64,000 nt of DNA from Sphyrna mokarran (lineage: Eukaryota): positions 32,984,001 through 33,048,000 of the forward strand of contig JAGIQG010000024.1 of assembly GCA_024679065.1 (NCBI GenBank), given 5' to 3'. Below are positions 61,081 to 64,000 of this stretch, piece after piece (positions within the stretch are counted from its first letter, which is position 1; every line of letters starts with the position of its first letter). Made by a program: the position numbers and the translations under genes. The notes beneath the pieces were generated by a model that saw only the letters and a program-made list of their open reading frames with translations, had not been told where the DNA came from and did no database searches.

Positions 61081-62129
61081 TAACACATTGTTTAAAAAAA
61101 AACTGCCTTAGATTGTTAAAAACCCTTGATCAAAGGAGGAAGAAATGATCATGTACTGACTAAAGTGTCTAATATGCACATGCACCACCCATTTGGTAAC
61201 AAAAACAGAAAGATTTTAACGGACTATTGTTAAAACTGACTGTACAAATGTCGGCGTGTCGGATTAGAATAACAGATCTCATCAGAAACTGATTACATAT
61301 GTAATGCTTGGGAGGCTGGCTGCTTATTTCCTCAGTTCATGTTGCACACAGTCAGGCATCTCCAAGAGAGATGCCAGCAGAGCACAATGAAATACTCAGT
61401 GCCATGTAACGCTGGGAGGAAATGGCCTCATTATTTATTTTTCATGTGCCATGTGATGCCATTTCCTCCCTGTTGTCTTCATGAAATCCCAGCATGCTTG
61501 AAGTGCCAGCTAATTAGATCTTGAATAACTCCTTGTTAGTGCGCGATCACACTTCTGAGTGATATAAATCCGAAACAGAAAATGTGTAAAATGTCATCAG
61601 TGCAGCATGAGCACAGTATAAATTGATATTGTAGCATTATCGGTGTTTTATTTAGATAAAAGGCTTGAGATCCTGAATTTAAAGTAGTTTAGCAGCATAT
61701 GGTTACAAATGTAAATAGGTTTAGTCGAGACTCACCAGTTTGTCCCACTGGATTTTAATGGACAATTGCGACTGTTTCCCTTGAAGCCTTAGCTATTACC
61801 TCAGAACATTTATGATTAGAAATGCCACCAAAGAAAAAGACTGCTTAAGGCTTTGCTACTGGGTCAAGTTCTCCCAAACAAATGATTCAAGGACCCCCTT
61901 CTGGCAGCTCCCTTCAGAGTCTGCCTCCTTTAGCTACTCCAACTCTTATCAGTGCCATTCTGACACGCTGGCTGTAATAAATCTTCAAAATCAGAAGTTC
62001 CTTCACCAAAATCCCTCTATTTACCATTCTAGTCGCAGTACACAGTGTGCTATCAGTCAGCAATTTAATGGTTAAATACAAGGAAAACACTCTCTCACTG
62101 ACCCATCATTTGATGCCTTAATCAGGAAG

Positions 62130-62670
62130 TTAATTTTCCCATAGGCCAACCACACCGGCCTGATTGAAGTCATTACACTTGAACTGCCAGGTGGGATGGC
62201 AGCATCAGGATGCTATAGGGAGCATTGCCAGGGCAGTGCCCAACCATGTTCCTGACCACTCAGTGGCTGCAATGGCCTCTGGGCCCCACACCACCCTCAC
62301 CACTCCATTCCCAGCTTGGCTATCATGTCTGCTCTCCATTTGTGGAGATCTGGAGAAACTCCTGCTGGCTTACCATTGTGCTGGCACGGTGGTGAATTCC
62401 AGATACATTGTGCTGGAACTTGGAATTGTTTATTTAAATGTTTATTTAAACATGCTTACCTGGCACATGGCCTCTCTGGGCAGGAAATGGATTACACTGC
62501 TGTAGGTGGTGACAGTGGAGTGCGGGGGGAGATGGAGAGAACCTCAAAAATCAGTTCTCACCAATACAAATCGCATCACGTGGGACTCTCCAGCCACTAC
62601 CCCATTTGTGCCAGGATGTACGGGGGTGGGGGCGGGGTCGGTGTTGGGGATGTGTGGAGAATCATCCTCT
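62130..62670. mobile_element. Non-autonomous Harbinger-type element fragment
   Basis: tgccagg/ggcagtgcc repeats, GC-rich, ends ggagaatcatcc. Confidence 0.4.
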
Positions 62671-63093
62671 CACCCTTTAAAATCCAAAAACATCTACTCA
62701 CAGTAATATAGAACCATTTTGGCCATTTTGTACCAGTGCACTGCCTAACGTGAGAGAACCAAGAATCAACTGAAAATTCGTCCTCAGGCCTTGTGAACGT
62801 GCTCAGGATGTGAGCACACTATTGATCCCATATACATAGAGAATTAATCTGAATGAAAGTCTGATACTAAAGTTGCCTTATTGTCAGTGGCTCTCAGGCA
62901 GGTGTCAGAATTGGTCTGGCTTGAGATATCTATCTACCTCCTGCTCCAGTCTAAAAGATGCTGAGGACTATTTTAAGCATTATTCCAACGATTTAACTTC
63001 TAATCTTTCAATATATGTGGATCAGTAGTCTAAGATTTTTTCTTTACGGATGTAAGCAGTAATGGCAAGGCCAATGTTTATTCCTCGTCACTT

Positions 63094-63430
63094 GGGGGAG
63101 GCAGTGGCATAATGGTCTCATCATTGTAGCCCGCCATGTCAGATGGTGAGATTTGAATTCAATAAAAATCTGGAATTAAAAGTCTAGTGATGATCATGAA
63201 ACCATTGCTACCTGTTATAAAGAATCCATCTGGTTCACTAATATCCTTTAAGGAAGGAAATCTCTCATCCTTACCTGGGTCTGGCCTACATGTCACTCCA
63301 CTGGTTGATTTTTAAATGCCCTCTAAAATCGACTAGCAAGTCCAGTCCCTTTGTTCAAGCTCAGTTAGGAACAGTTCATAAATATTGATCCTGTCAACAA
63401 TGCTTGAATCCCATGAAGGAATTGAAAAAA
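63094..63430 (+). mobile_element. Second-family tRNA SINE nested in the tail of the second CR1-clade LINE (63040-63555, minus)
   Basis: atttgaattcaataaaaatctggaattaaaagtctag...ggttcactaatatcctttaaggaaggaaatc; LINE tail on both sides. Confidence 0.75.
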
Positions 63431-63560
63431 TGTTCTTCAGAAGATGGAAATGAGCTACCTTCCTTCAATCCAAATAGTATAGATACACAAACAGTACAGT
63501 TAAGGAGGGAGCTTCATGTTTTTAACCCGGCAATAGTGGAGGAACAACAACATAAGGTCT

Positions 63561-63855
63561 TGGGCAGCACGGTGGCACAATGATTAACACTGCTGCCTCA
63601 CGGCACCAAGGGCCTGGGTTTGATTTCTGTCTTGGGTGATTGTGTGGAGTTTGAGTATTCCCATGTCTGTGTGGGTTTTCTCCGGCAGTTCCAGTTTTCT
63701 CCCACAGTCCAAAGATGTGCAGGTTAGGTGGATTGTCCATGGTAACTTGCTAGGATGAGTGCATGAGGTTATGGGGATAGTGCCGGGGTGGAATTGTTGT
63801 TGGTGCAGACTTGGTGGATCTCCTTTCTACACTATAGGGATTCTATGATTCTATT
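63561..63855 (+). mobile_element. HE1-like V-SINE, full length
   Basis: gggcagcacggtggcacaatg...gggattctatgattcta. Confidence 0.9.
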
Positions 63856-64000
63856 ATTCCAAATCAGGAAAATTGAATCCATCTTTTATCCAAGTTATAA
63901 TGTGCACCCACAGAATGCTGAATAAAACCACAATGCTTGGGGACTAATGATGAAAATATTTTTATTTTGAGGAAAAACTGCATTCTCAATGGCAGCTAAT

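Noticed and set aside
10225-63855. SINE heads as tRNA genes
   Set aside because: A- and B-box-like heads run directly into the V-core; no complete cloverleaf is seen.
1-64000. Most 60-170 aa ORFs in the track
   Set aside because: They are SINE/LINE read-throughs, antisense frames of CR1, or AT-rich noise with no recognisable host domains.
1-64000. Prokaryotic systems (CRISPR arrays, operons, retrons)
   Set aside because: No regularly spaced repeat-spacer array and no dense coding. The RTs are eukaryotic non-LTR retrotransposon enzymes.

Overview
Eukaryotic, AT-rich, gene-poor vertebrate DNA. It is most likely from a shark or other elasmobranch, judged from its repeat complement: HE1-like tRNA/V-domain SINEs, CR1/HER1 LINEs, Rex1/Babar, L2, Deu-domain SINEs, Penelope-like elements, Harbinger-type MITEs and Gypsy LTRs. 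I cannot support any host protein-coding gene; the window reads as a large intron or intergenic region, and most ORFs in the track are transposon fragments or noise. The only long open frame is a young, 5'-truncated CR1 reverse transcriptase (5160-6412, minus). An internally deleted Gypsy provirus lies at 55086-58300 (minus). The most unusual structures are: (1) a ~540-bp fold-back at 20166-20707; (2) a ~350-bp inverted duplication bracketing 2.3 kb (31560-34599) that looks like a staggered-break inversion, with an 18-bp loop micro-inversion; (3) a V-SINE subfamily whose CR1 tail is replaced by a Rex1-like tail; (4) all 11 Rex1 or Rex1-tailed insertions lying on the + strand; (5) decayed hammerhead-ribozyme motifs in Penelope termini. 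Family names come from motif recognition, not database searches. Repeat boundaries are approximate and identity values are by-eye estimates. I did not find evidence for a new protein-coding system.
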